This document shows positions 20,800 to 29,868 of a stretch of 64,000 nucleotides of DNA, piece by piece; position 1 is the first letter of the stretch; every line of letters begins with the position of its first letter. The notes under the pieces are model-generated. The model did not search any database. It was not told the origin of the DNA and saw only the letters and a list, made by a program, of their open reading frames with translations. Position numbers and translations under genes: made by a program. Source of the DNA: Candidatus Marinacidobacterales bacterium (GTDB lineage Bacteria; Acidobacteriota; Vicinamibacteria; Marinacidobacterales; SMYC01); assembly GCA_965262245.1 (NCBI GenBank), contig OZ253507.1, forward strand, positions 2,268,690 to 2,332,689, written 5' to 3'.

Positions 20800-22226
20800 A
20801 GGATATCCTGAATCTAGTTGAAATCGGTGAGTGACTCCCTTCAAGATCGTCGGTGTCAAAGCTGGCGATCAAAAAGAAAGGAGCCACCCGGTGAGAGCAG
20901 ATACGAAGAAGAGAAAGAATGCAACACAGATGCTGAGGGCGACGCAGGAGCAAGAGTGGTGGGCGGATCAAGTTGTGCATGTGATGCTGGAGGGCAAGCG
21001 AGCGCTGGACGCCGCGATGCTCGATGTCGGACGCCTGGTAGCTGAGACGCTCATGTACATGGAGCGCGAAGAGAGATCTGGGCCAGACTACCATCCTACG
21101 TCGTCCGGGCTTCGCAAATGGGCGAGTCAACGTGGGTCGATCTATGTCGGTGACCAGAAGCTCCCTGTCGAGCACCCTCGATTGCGGGGCCCGGAGGGTG
21201 AGGTCGGGCTGAGAACCTACGAGCAGCTCAAGAATCGCGGGGGCTTTTCGGAGGAACTCCTGTCGGAGGTGCTTCGGGGAATGTCTGCTCGCAAGTACGA
21301 AGAGACGGTGACGGCGGCAGGCAAGGCTTTCGGTGTGACGCCGAGCTCGGTGTCCCGCCATCTGGTCGAGGCGACGGCGAAGCAGCTGAAGCAGTTCCAG
21401 GAGCGCAGTCTCGAAGAGTTTCCGCTCTTCGCGATGTACCTAGACACGGTCCACCGCGGCGGTCAGGCGTTCGTGGTCGCGCTCGGCGTGGACCGTGAAG
21501 GGAAAAAGCTCCCCCTGGGCTTCTGGGAAGGGGCGACAGAGAACCACGAGATCTGCGAGGAATTGCTGGAAGAGTTGGAGCGACGGGGGTTAAAGCTCTC
21601 CAAACGGATCCTCTGGGTAACCGATGGTGGCGGGGGGATCATCAAGGCGCTCAAAGACCGATACGGTAAGAAGCTCATCCACCAGCGGTGTACTTTGCAC
21701 AAAGACCGCAACATCCAGCGCCACCTGCCCAAACGCTACCGCAAGCAGGCACACCACCTCTTCGCGACTGCCTTGGAGCAGAACAGCTACAAGGACGCGA
21801 AGAAGATGTTGCAGGAGTTCGAGCGCTGGCTTCGCGACATCAACGAGTCGGCGGCAGACTCACTCCTCGAGGCACTCGAGGAGGTGCTGATGCTCCACAA
21901 GTTGAAGGTCCCCGCTCTACTGCGCCAGAGCCTGCACTCGACGAATCCTATAGAGAGTATGTTCTCCATGGTTCGTAGTTGCGAGCGCAACATCAAACGC
22001 TACCGTAACAGCAAAATGCGCCAGCGATGGCTCGCCGCTGTGCTGCTGCACTGCGAACAACAGTTCAGACGAGTCAAGGGGCACGCATCCATCGACGTAG
22101 TGGTTGCGGCCATCGATGCGATCCAACGAGAGGACGAGATGCCTGAGGCCGCGTAAGGTCAGGGGCGTAGAGCTGGAAATGACCACGAGTCGCTTATGAT
22201 GGTTTCAACTAATTCCTTGACATCCT
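20800..22226 (+). mobile_element. IS256-family insertion sequence (~1.43 kb) with imperfect 25-bp IRs and a 9-10-bp target duplication
   Basis: IRL GGATATCCTGAATCTAGTTGAAATC (20801..20825); IRR reverse-complement GGATGTCAAGGAATTAGTTGAAACC (22201..22225). Flanking direct repeat CACCAAAATG at 20790..20799 and 22227..22236. Confidence 0.85.
20930..22156 (+). CDS. IS256-family (mutator-type) transposase
   Basis: Motifs FAMYLDTVHRGG, LWVTDGGGGIIKAL, QRCTLHKDRN, STNPIESMFSMVR. ~409 aa from ATG 20930; the ORF also has an upstream GTG at 20831. Confidence 0.85.
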   Translation: MLRATQEQEWWADQVVHVMLEGKRALDAAMLDVGRLVAETLMYMEREERSGPDYHPTSSGLRKWASQRGSIYVGDQKLPVEHPRLRGPEGEVGLRTYEQLKNRGGFSEELLSEVLRGMSARKYEETVTAAGKAFGVTPSSVSRHLVEATAKQLKQFQERSLEEFPLFAMYLDTVHRGGQAFVVALGVDREGKKLPLGFWEGATENHEICEELLEELERRGLKLSKRILWVTDGGGGIIKALKDRYGKKLIHQRCTLHKDRNIQRHLPKRYRKQAHHLFATALEQNSYKDAKKMLQEFERWLRDINESAADSLLEALEEVLMLHKLKVPALLRQSLHSTNPIESMFSMVRSCERNIKRYRNSKMRQRWLAAVLLHCEQQFRRVKGHASIDVVVAAIDAIQREDEMPEAA

Positions 22227-22280
22227 CACCAAAATGCGTAGGAGTTTTCCTACAACCTGTGGGGTTTTGAAGCGCTCGTG

Positions 22281-23468
22281 CTACGCCCCGGTGGGAGCGG
22301 GCTTGCCGTTCGGGAAGATCTCCTTGAACGCGACCATGAACCGCTCCATCTCGTCGGCGGTACCGACCGAGACCCTCAAGTGCTCTAGCATCGGCGGGAA
22401 GGGACGTCCGACGAGAACGGTGCGCTCACGGAACTCCTCGATGACGGGCCGTACCTGTCGGCCGAGATGCACCATGAAGAAGTTGGTCTCCGACGGGATG
22501 CAGTCGAAGCCGAGCTTTTCGAGCTCCGCGGTCGTCTTCTTGCGCAGCTCGAGTGTTATGGTCCGAACCTTCTCTTGCTCCGCTGTGTCTTTGATGGCGG
22601 TGGCGCCGCCCCATTTTGCGATAGCGCTGATGCTCCCCGTGCCGTTCGGACGCATCTGAGCGATGAGGTTCTTGGGCGCGATGGCATATCCGAGTCGGAT
22701 GGCGGCCATGCCCGAGATCTTCGAGAACGTTCGAGCAACGATGACCTGGCGTCCTTCGAGTACGTGAGGAACCGCGGTCGCGTAGCTAGGGTCTTCGACG
22801 AAGTGATGGTAGGCCTCGTCCACCAGGACGGGCATGTCCTCTGGGATTCCGTCGAGAAGCGAGTCGATCTCCTTCTTCGTGACGATGACGCCCGTCGGGT
22901 TGTTCGGGTTGCACATATATACGAAGCCGACGTCACGATAGTTCTTCTTCGTGCCATCGATAATCGCGGGGATGTCCTGCCGGTAGTCCGGGAGAAGCGG
23001 CAGTTTGATCGCATCGGCCTTGATGCCGCTCGCCTGCCGGTACACCGAGCCGTAAGAGGGCTCGACGCCCACAACCTTCTTGCGAACCCGCAGGAACGTG
23101 CTGCCGACGATATTCAGAATCTCGCCCGAGCCGGCGCCGAGCAGAACGTTCTCCGACTCGACACCGTGATGCTCTGCGATCGCCTGGAGGATATTGCCGT
23201 CGGGGTAGCCGTATCGGTTGGCGTATTTGAAGGCGTGGTTCATCGCCTCCATCACTGCATCCGACGGTCCGTAGGGATTCTCGTTGCTCGAGAGCTTGGC
23301 GAAAGCGTTGTACTCCGCCTCGGTGGGGCGCGGGCGCCGGCGCCTTGTCTGCGCCCAGAGCGCGCTTTTCGGACCGAGGCCGAGATAGCCGATAGCCGCA
23401 GCCAAGCTGCCTACGAAACCGCGACGGGAAAGCGTTCTATTCGTATCCATGATTCGTGACTCCTCCAT
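22281..23468 (-). CDS. PLP-dependent aminotransferase (class II, HisC-like) with twin-arginine signal peptide
   Basis: Tat motif SRRGFVGSLAAAIGYLGLG at the N-terminus; PLP-lysine region ARTFSKISGMAAIRLGY; LSSNENPYGP N-terminal substrate motif typical of HisC-type enzymes. Confidence 0.8.
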   Translation of the reverse strand: MEESRIMDTNRTLSRRGFVGSLAAAIGYLGLGPKSALWAQTRRRRPRPTEAEYNAFAKLSSNENPYGPSDAVMEAMNHAFKYANRYGYPDGNILQAIAEHHGVESENVLLGAGSGEILNIVGSTFLRVRKKVVGVEPSYGSVYRQASGIKADAIKLPLLPDYRQDIPAIIDGTKKNYRDVGFVYMCNPNNPTGVIVTKKEIDSLLDGIPEDMPVLVDEAYHHFVEDPSYATAVPHVLEGRQVIVARTFSKISGMAAIRLGYAIAPKNLIAQMRPNGTGSISAIAKWGGATAIKDTAEQEKVRTITLELRKKTTAELEKLGFDCIPSETNFFMVHLGRQVRPVIEEFRERTVLVGRPFPPMLEHLRVSVGTADEMERFMVAFKEIFPNGKPAPTGA

Positions 23469-23620
23469 GCATTTCGTGACTACACGACGCTTCCACGCCC
23501 CTGGTCGGCGAGCTGATGGAGAAGCATTCTAGTCCCTCGGAGGTGAGAAGTCACACGTGGAAGGGCTGCTACCACCTCGAGCTCGGGAGGAAGGTAGCCG
23601 GTAGCCGATAGCAACCAGCT

Positions 23621-24922
23621 CTATACGGATCCCCCAAACGACCTCTCGAAGAGCGCTGTAATCGCCTGACGTCCTGACTCGGAGAGCTCCCGCGTCCCCG
23701 TTCCGGTGAAGCGAGTCTTTTGGATCGTCGGGGCGTCGACTTTCTCCCAGGTCGTAACACTCTCAGTCCACCGGTACCAGCTGTTCTTGGTCTGGTCGAA
23801 GACGTGAAGCCGCTTGTGGAAGTGGCGCGCAAGCTCGGCGCCCCAGCCGGTGCCGCCTTTGACGGTTTGATCCTCGACGATCTCACCGACGACGAAGACT
23901 TCGCCCGCCGTCGCGACCTGATGCCAGATGGTTTTCAGCAAGCGCTGGAACAGCTCGGTCTTTGGGAACGAACGATGAAGCTGCGCCTTGATGTAGGTTT
24001 CGCTGACGCTTCCCCGCTCGAGCTCGTCTTCGCTGAGCTCGACGATACCGCGTGTGCGCGCCGTGGCCCGGCCCGGATAGGAGTAATGAATCTCGTTCAT
24101 TCCCCATCTCTCCGCGGCCTCTCCGAACGCCGCCTCGCTTCCTTTGGCGCCTCCCGAGAGTAACGTGTACGAGGATGACGGGAGCTTGCCGAGAGCGCTC
24201 GACGCATCATCGCCAGCGATCCGCATCGTGTCCGTGTCGAGATGGAGGTGCGTGTCTTCGAGCTCTGTGCAGTCGTGGTCCTTGAGCAAGCGCACCGAAG
24301 CGTGGGTGCCTTCGGGCTCTAGAAAGATGGCGACGTCGATCACGTCCGCGTAAGCGTCGCAAGGCGGCAAGATGCTCGTCGGCTTTTCAGGCGTGCCCTC
24401 GCGGTGAGTTTGGGCGGTCATCCAAAGCTCGGCATCGAGCCTCTTTGCCGCGAGCTTGAAAGCTCCGAGCTCGGCCGCGCGCTCGACGACCGTGCCGCAT
24501 TCCCAATCGAAGCCGTCGATCAAGATGGCCTTGGGCGCGAAGCCGGCTTTGTCCGCGTAGAGGGAGAGCACGTCGTCGAGGCGCTCATGCGAGAACCCGT
24601 TATTGGCATAGGCCTGGATGATGCGGTTTGCGTTCACGAGCTGGCGCACTTGAGCGAGATTCTCGAACTCGGTGAGCTTTGCCAAGTCGTCGAACAGAGC
24701 GTCGTACCACGACTGTACATGATCGAGGTCTTGTCCGAGTGCTACATGGAGGACGGGACGCTCGCGCATCGCGTCATCGAGTCCAATTTGGACGAGGAAC
24801 GCAGTCTTGCCGACACCGGCGCGTGCCATCACGACGCCGAGCTTCCCCGCGCCCAAACCACCTTTGGTCGAGCTCTCCAGAATCCGGAGAGGGCTCTTTT
24901 CGTTGACTTGCTTTCGAAACAT
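23621..24922 (-). CDS. KaiC/RecA-superfamily ATPase fused to a C-terminal LOG/SLOG-like Rossmann domain
   Basis: N-terminal: Walker A VVMARAGVGKTAFLVQIG, Walker B AILIDGFD. C-terminal: LOG-family hallmarks LLSGGAKGSEAAFGEAAERWG (GGxxGxxxA...G), KGGTGWGAELARHFH (PGGxGTxEE-like) and HVFDQTKNSWYRW. The domain assignment is motif-level only. Confidence 0.5.
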   Translation of the reverse strand: MFRKQVNEKSPLRILESSTKGGLGAGKLGVVMARAGVGKTAFLVQIGLDDAMRERPVLHVALGQDLDHVQSWYDALFDDLAKLTEFENLAQVRQLVNANRIIQAYANNGFSHERLDDVLSLYADKAGFAPKAILIDGFDWECGTVVERAAELGAFKLAAKRLDAELWMTAQTHREGTPEKPTSILPPCDAYADVIDVAIFLEPEGTHASVRLLKDHDCTELEDTHLHLDTDTMRIAGDDASSALGKLPSSSYTLLSGGAKGSEAAFGEAAERWGMNEIHYSYPGRATARTRGIVELSEDELERGSVSETYIKAQLHRSFPKTELFQRLLKTIWHQVATAGEVFVVGEIVEDQTVKGGTGWGAELARHFHKRLHVFDQTKNSWYRWTESVTTWEKVDAPTIQKTRFTGTGTRELSESGRQAITALFERSFGGSV

Positions 24923-25041
24923 TGTTGCGGTCTCCTTTGTGCTTAGTGCTCGCTCTCTCTTCGCTCGCTCAGCGTGCTTCGGCGCGACAAGCGCGCCGGG
25001 CTCGCTCCGCTCGCGCAGGCGACCGTATTTTCATCCGCCTG

Positions 25042-25559
25042 CTAGCGTGCCATCGCTTTTTCTTTTTCTTGCTTTGCCACCAGCTCTTCTTCGATGGCCC
25101 CGGGAACCGGCAAATAGCGTGAGAACTCCATGGTGAAATCGGCTTTGCCTTGCGTTGCGGAACGGAGCGTCGTGGCGTAGCCGAACATCTCGGCCAGCGG
25201 AACCTCGGATTCCGTGATGGTGGTGCCCCCATTCTCCTGCTGCCCGATGATCGCGCCGCGGCGCTGCATGAGCGTCGTCAAGACACCGCTCGCATGATCG
25301 GTGGGGGCTTCGACGACGACCCGCATGATGGGCTCGAGCACTTTTGGCTGGCTCCGGTCATAGGCTTCGCGCCACGCCCCGCGCGCCGCTTGCTGGAACG
25401 CGACGTCGGACGAGTCTACCGTGTGGTGGGCGCCATCGTTGATCACGACACGCGCGTTGACAACCGGTGCTCCGATCTTTCGGCCTTTCTCGAGCATCGA
25501 CTTGAAGCCTTTCTCCACCGCCGAGATGAACTGGCGCGGGATGACGCCGCCTTTGATAT
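25042..25559 (-). pseudogene. fusA: EF-G (fusA-like) C-terminal portion (domains IV-V), separated from the N-terminal portion by the IS1595 R-M element
   Basis: Reading from the TSD: IKGGVIPRQFISAVEKGFKSMLEKG...DGAHHTVDSSDVAFQQAARGAW...AEMFGYATTLRSATQGKADFTMEFSRYLPVP matches EF-G domains IV-V. It continues the frame broken at 28048. Confidence 0.85.
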
Positions 25560-25589
25560 GGGAATTATATATTTGACGCCACCAGCCTA

Positions 25590-26282
25590 CTAGAGACGTT
25601 CCTTCTTGAGGTACAGCCTACAGACCGAGGAAGGTGCCACGCGAAACTTGGTGCCGTGGTTTCTGAGCCCTGGGCTCCCTGGCTTGGCTTCCCTAGCATC
25701 GAAGTCAATCACGATCTCGCCTCGCAGAATCTCATTCACGAAGTCGGCCAGGTGAAAGGTCTCGTAGGCGTCGGCCTGACGGAAGCGCACCTTTTGTCCG
25801 TCCTTCTCCCCCTTGACCATGATGAGCCGTCGTAGTTTGGATCCCGCTACCGCCATCAACTCCTCATGGGACCAATACGGGATGAGCCCATTGCCTCGAA
25901 TCGGTCGGACAACGATCTGGCCTCCACTGTCTTCCACTCGGAAGCGATCGCTCTTGCCCTTGATCGTGTGCCGGAAACTCATTCTCCCCTTTGCGTCTTT
26001 CCAGCCGTGCTTGCGAACCATGTAGCGGAGGATGGTTGGTGGGCCAGTTGGCTCCTTGTGAAATAGCGTCAAGAGATTGGTTCTCCGTGTGAACCACTTC
26101 AACTCCCAGCCTACAGAGTCGGGAATATCCACAGAGCCCGTTGTGACGCCTAGCAAGCTCTCCAGGAACATCCCAGGGGCACCAGTTCCTCCGAACTTCT
26201 CCGGCAGGTCATACCAGCCAGCGGAGATAACCCCACGTAACCGCTCAAATAGTTCGCGCTTTGTGCGCGGCGGGGAAGTCAC
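25590..26282 (-). CDS. MutH/Sau3AI-family Type II restriction endonuclease (predicted GATC-type)
   Basis: Matches to E. coli MutH: GAPGMFLESLLGVTTGSVDIPDSVGWELKW (MutH [32 protein letters not shown]), KLRRLIMVKGE, and C-terminal RLYLKKERL (MutH GFYLKKNF). GTG start overlaps the MTase stop (GTGA). Confidence 0.7.
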   Translation of the reverse strand: MTSPPRTKRELFERLRGVISAGWYDLPEKFGGTGAPGMFLESLLGVTTGSVDIPDSVGWELKWFTRRTNLLTLFHKEPTGPPTILRYMVRKHGWKDAKGRMSFRHTIKGKSDRFRVEDSGGQIVVRPIRGNGLIPYWSHEELMAVAGSKLRRLIMVKGEKDGQKVRFRQADAYETFHLADFVNEILRGEIVIDFDAREAKPGSPGLRNHGTKFRVAPSSVCRLYLKKERL

Positions 26283-27067
26283 TGCACAATCCGACGAACG
26301 GCGGAGAGCCGTTCTCTGGCCAGCTTGCAGTATTCCTCGGAGATATCGAACCCGATCCACTTCCGTTTCTCTGCCTCGGCCGCAATCGCCGTAGATCCGG
26401 AGCCCATGAACGGGTCAAGAACGATCTTGCCTTTCGTCGATGCGATACAGCGTTGGGCCAATTCAATGGGGAAGGGTGCTGGGTGTGGGTTGTTGTTCTC
26501 TTGTGGAATGCTCCAGATGTCTCCGGCGGCGTTCGCCTTTGGCACCAGCTTAAAATCTGGTTTGGCGATTAGGTAGATAACCTCGTAGGTAGGCAGGAAA
26601 TAGCCTGGATTGAAATTGATACCTCCCTTGCGTTGCCAAATGACGATCTGCCGGACGGGGAAGCCTTCCATGATATCAGCCCTGTCTTGGAGTAGCCCGC
26701 CCTGGATGCGCCACTTGTGGTTGTAGAAAATGGCTCCATCTTTGCGCAGCACGCGCATCATCGCCTTCAAGCACTTCTTCTGCCACTCGACATAATCATC
26801 ATGCGGCATGGCGTCACCGTTGGAAGCGTAGCCCTTGATCAACGCGGCTTTTGGCCACTTCCCACCGCTTCCGTTTTTGAGACCGTTCCCCGTGCTGTTC
26901 TTGATGTTGTAGGGCGGACTGGTGACGATCGCATCTACCGATAACGCGGGCAGTTTGGCCATGAGTTTGAGGCAATCGCCAGGATGCACCTTGTCGAGCC
27001 ACGGCTCCATCAAGTGCGGAGCAGTGCGCGTGACGGCCTCAGTTATGAGCTGGCTAAAGGTTGTCAT
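26279..27067 (-). CDS. DNA methyltransferase, N6-adenine/N4-cytosine type (beta class; motif IV SPPY before motif I FxGxG)
   Basis: DAIVTSPPY (motif IV), IVLDPFMGSGSTAIAAE (motif I), N4/N6 methylase fold. ATG 27065..27067 overlaps the transposase TGA (ATGA). Confidence 0.85.
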   Translation of the reverse strand: MTTFSQLITEAVTRTAPHLMEPWLDKVHPGDCLKLMAKLPALSVDAIVTSPPYNIKNSTGNGLKNGSGGKWPKAALIKGYASNGDAMPHDDYVEWQKKCLKAMMRVLRKDGAIFYNHKWRIQGGLLQDRADIMEGFPVRQIVIWQRKGGINFNPGYFLPTYEVIYLIAKPDFKLVPKANAAGDIWSIPQENNNPHPAPFPIELAQRCIASTKGKIVLDPFMGSGSTAIAAEAEKRKWIGFDISEEYCKLARERLSAVRRIVQ

Positions 27068-27987
27068 CGAATCAGATCCGAATAGGTCAGACGAAGGCCG
27101 GACGATGCGCCTAGCAAGGTGTCTACTCTTTCGCCGCCCTTGATCTTCCCAAGGTTGAATCGCGCCGAGAATTCGGCGAGATAACGGTGCAGGTGTTTCC
27201 AAGTGAAGTGGTGAAAGGTGCCGATGTAGCCGCGTTTCAGTAGCGCCCAGAAGGATTCTATCCCGTTAGTATGCGCTTGCCCGCGCACGTACTCGCCCAC
27301 AGAGTGGCGGACGCTCTCATGGGAGTAGAGGCGATCTAGACCGAGATAAGCGCTGTGATCGTCCGTGTAGAGAACGGAACCAGCCGCGACATTGGATTGG
27401 ACAAAACCATGAAGCACCATCTGGCTCGTGTTGGGGATGGCTTTTACCTTCACCTTCCCCGCGCGCGAGCGGGCACCGGCAACTGGCTGTTTACCTACGG
27501 GGCCGCGACCCTTGATCTTCTGGCGACGCTTATCGGCGTGCATGTTCCGCGCCTTGCCGCCAATGAACGTCTCATCGACTTCGACGATCCCATCAAACGG
27601 TCCTCCGTACGAGTCCATTTGATCTAGGACTTCTCGGAGCCGACCCAGCATAAACCACGCCGTCTTTTGCGTTACGCCTATCTCTCGGGCCAATTGAGTA
27701 GACGGGATACCCTTTCTGTTGGAAGTGATCAACCATGCCGCGACAAACCATTTACGGAGCGGGAGACGGCTTTCCTCGAAGATCGTCCCCTTTCGGACTG
27801 AGAACTCCTGGCGACAATCGGCGCACTTGTAACCGCCTCGACGGACGTTGTAGAACTTGCGCGTGGAAACGCACCAAGGGCAAACGATACCTTTGGGCCA
27901 GCGCTGGCGCTCCAAGTGCTCGATGCAGCTTTTCTCGGTTGAGAAGGCTTCGCGTAGTGCGTATAGGCTGTCGTAGGTAAGTTCCAT
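27064..27987 (-). CDS. IS1595-family transposase (ISXO2-like, N-terminal zinc ribbon + DDE)
   Basis: 307 aa: zinc ribbon CPWC...CADC, DDE core EVDETFIGG...VLYTDDHSAYLGL...HSVGEYVRGQAHTNGIESFWALLKR. The start is 60 bp inside the right IR. Confidence 0.9.
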   Translation of the reverse strand: MELTYDSLYALREAFSTEKSCIEHLERQRWPKGIVCPWCVSTRKFYNVRRGGYKCADCRQEFSVRKGTIFEESRLPLRKWFVAAWLITSNRKGIPSTQLAREIGVTQKTAWFMLGRLREVLDQMDSYGGPFDGIVEVDETFIGGKARNMHADKRRQKIKGRGPVGKQPVAGARSRAGKVKVKAIPNTSQMVLHGFVQSNVAAGSVLYTDDHSAYLGLDRLYSHESVRHSVGEYVRGQAHTNGIESFWALLKRGYIGTFHHFTWKHLHRYLAEFSARFNLGKIKGGERVDTLLGASSGLRLTYSDLIR

Positions 27988-28047
27988 GCCCTATCTCCTA
28001 CCACCACTATAGCCTGTTTAGCTGGTGGCGTCAAATATATAATTCCC

Positions 28048-29676
28048 TTTGATATTGTCGACGAACTCGAAGTCACTATCGGTGTTCGGCTCCAGATAGC
28101 CGGCCACGCGACCATATTGGCCCGAACCACCGGTTTGCTTCTTGTGGACGTAGTCGAAAAAGACTTGTTTGCCGAGGGTCTCCCGATACGCGACCTGAGG
28201 CGGCGACACTTCGACTTCGACATTGTATTCGCGCTTCATCCGCTCGATATAGACCTCGAGCTGAAGCTCGCCCATGCCGTGGATGACGGTCTCTCCCGAT
28301 TCGGGATCCGCGCCCGCTTTGAAGCTCGGGTCTCTTTCGTAAACCGCTGCAGAGCCTTCGTCATGTTGACTTGCGATTTGTTGTCGACGGGCTTGACGGA
28401 CAGCGAGATCACCGGCTCAGGAACGTGGATCGACGTCATCGCTAATTTGCGCTTGCCGTCGGTGAAGGTATCGCCGGAGCTGCAATCGAGACCGAAGATC
28501 GCGGCTATATCGCCGGGGCCGGCGTCTTCGATCTCCTCCATCTCGTCAGCGTGCATTCTAACGAGCCGGCCGACTTTTGTCTGCTTCCCCGTGCGCGTAT
28601 TCGTGACGAACAAGTCACGGTCGAGATACCCTTGATAGACGCGCACATAAGTGAGCTGTCCGTAGGCGGCCGTCTTCGAGCTTGAAAGCGAGCGCGACGA
28701 TTCCTTTGTCCGGACTCGGATCGAGCGGGATTCTAGCTTCGTCCTTGCTCGTGAAGTCGATGGCCTCGTTCTTGATGTCGGGAGGGCTCGGGAGGTATTG
28801 GACCACGGCGTCCAGAAGAGGCTGGACGCCTTTGTTCTTGTAGGCCGAGCCGACGAGCACCGGGGTCATTTGGAGTGCGAGGGTCCCTTCGCGCACGGCC
28901 CGATAGATCTGCTCTTCGGTGACTTGCTCTTCGAGGATCGCTTCCATGAGCTCATCGGAGAACATCGACACCGCATCGAGCATCTCTTCGCGAAACGCCG
29001 AGGCTTTCTCCTCGAGCTCGGTGGGGATCGCTTTCTCGACGACCCTCTCCCCGTTCTCGCCCTCGAAGAAGAGAGCTTTCATGCGGATGAGGTCCACGAC
29101 GCCTTTGAAAGCGTCCTCGAGGCCGATGGGGATTTGGAGCAGTACAGGGTTGTGGCCGAGCTTCTCGCGGAGTTGATCGCGCACGCGCACCGGGTCCGTG
29201 CCCACGCGATCGCACTTGTTGACGAAGGCGATGCGCGGCACGTGGTAGCGGTTCATCTGCCGGTCCACCGTATAGGACTGGCTCTGAACGCCCGCGACCG
29301 AGCGCAGGACGAGCACGGCGCCGTCGAGGACGGCGAGGCTCCGCTCCACCTCGATCGTGAAATCGACGTGCCCTGGAGTGTCGATGATGTTCACGTGATG
29401 GCCGAGCCAGCTGCAATGGGTCGCGGCGCTCGCGATGGTGATGCCGCGCTCGCGCTCGCGCTCCATCGAGTCCATCTTCGCACCGACGCCGTCTTTGCCT
29501 TTGACGTCGTGAATGGCGTGAACGCGGTCCGTGTAAAAGAGAATCCGCTCGGTCAGCGTTGTCTTGCCGCTGTCTATGTGAGCGGAAATCCCGATATTTC
29601 GGATGGTGTTCAGATCTTTGATCACCTTCTTACCTCGTTTGAAACGGGTGACAGGCCAGACCTCAACAACACGCAC
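28048..29676 (-). pseudogene. fusA: EF-G (fusA-like) N-terminal portion (G domain, domains II-III, start of IV), with two additional internal frameshifts
   Basis: G-domain motifs [27 protein letters not shown]. Domain [10 protein letters not shown]...AGDIAAIFGL in a second frame (shift at the C-run about 28663..28671). FEFVDNIK in a third frame ends at the TSD. ORFs 28615..29676, 28236..28646 and 28018..28275. Confidence 0.85.
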
Positions 29677-29868
29677 ACGCTCGCTCTCGCTCTTGTTAAT
29701 GTTAATGTGAGGTGTCGTTCGTGCGAAGAATCGGCGACAAACAGACGATCACTTCGCGTTCGAGGGAAGGCCGACTTCTTACTAAGTACCCAGAATAGCG
29801 CGCCAAGGCGCTCTGCGCCAGACTTTGTCCGGCGCCCCTTTTGACAAGACGAGCCGCCCGCCCCTAGG

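Larger units (their letters stand above)
25560..28047 (-). mobile_element. IS1595-family transposable unit (2,488 bp) carrying a Type II R-M cassette as passenger genes
   Basis: Perfect 27-bp terminal inverted repeats GGGAATTATATATTTGACGCCACCAGC (25560..25586; reverse complement 28021..28047). 8-bp direct target duplication TTTGATAT (25552..25559 and 28048..28055). Operon tnp-MTase-REase with ATGA and GTGA start/stop overlaps. Inserted inside an EF-G coding sequence. Confidence 0.9.

Noticed and set aside
23621-24922. Annotation as circadian clock protein KaiC
   Set aside because: Only one RecA-like domain is present (KaiC has two) and there is a C-terminal LOG/SLOG-like domain. It is a KaiC-superfamily ATPase, not a clock component.
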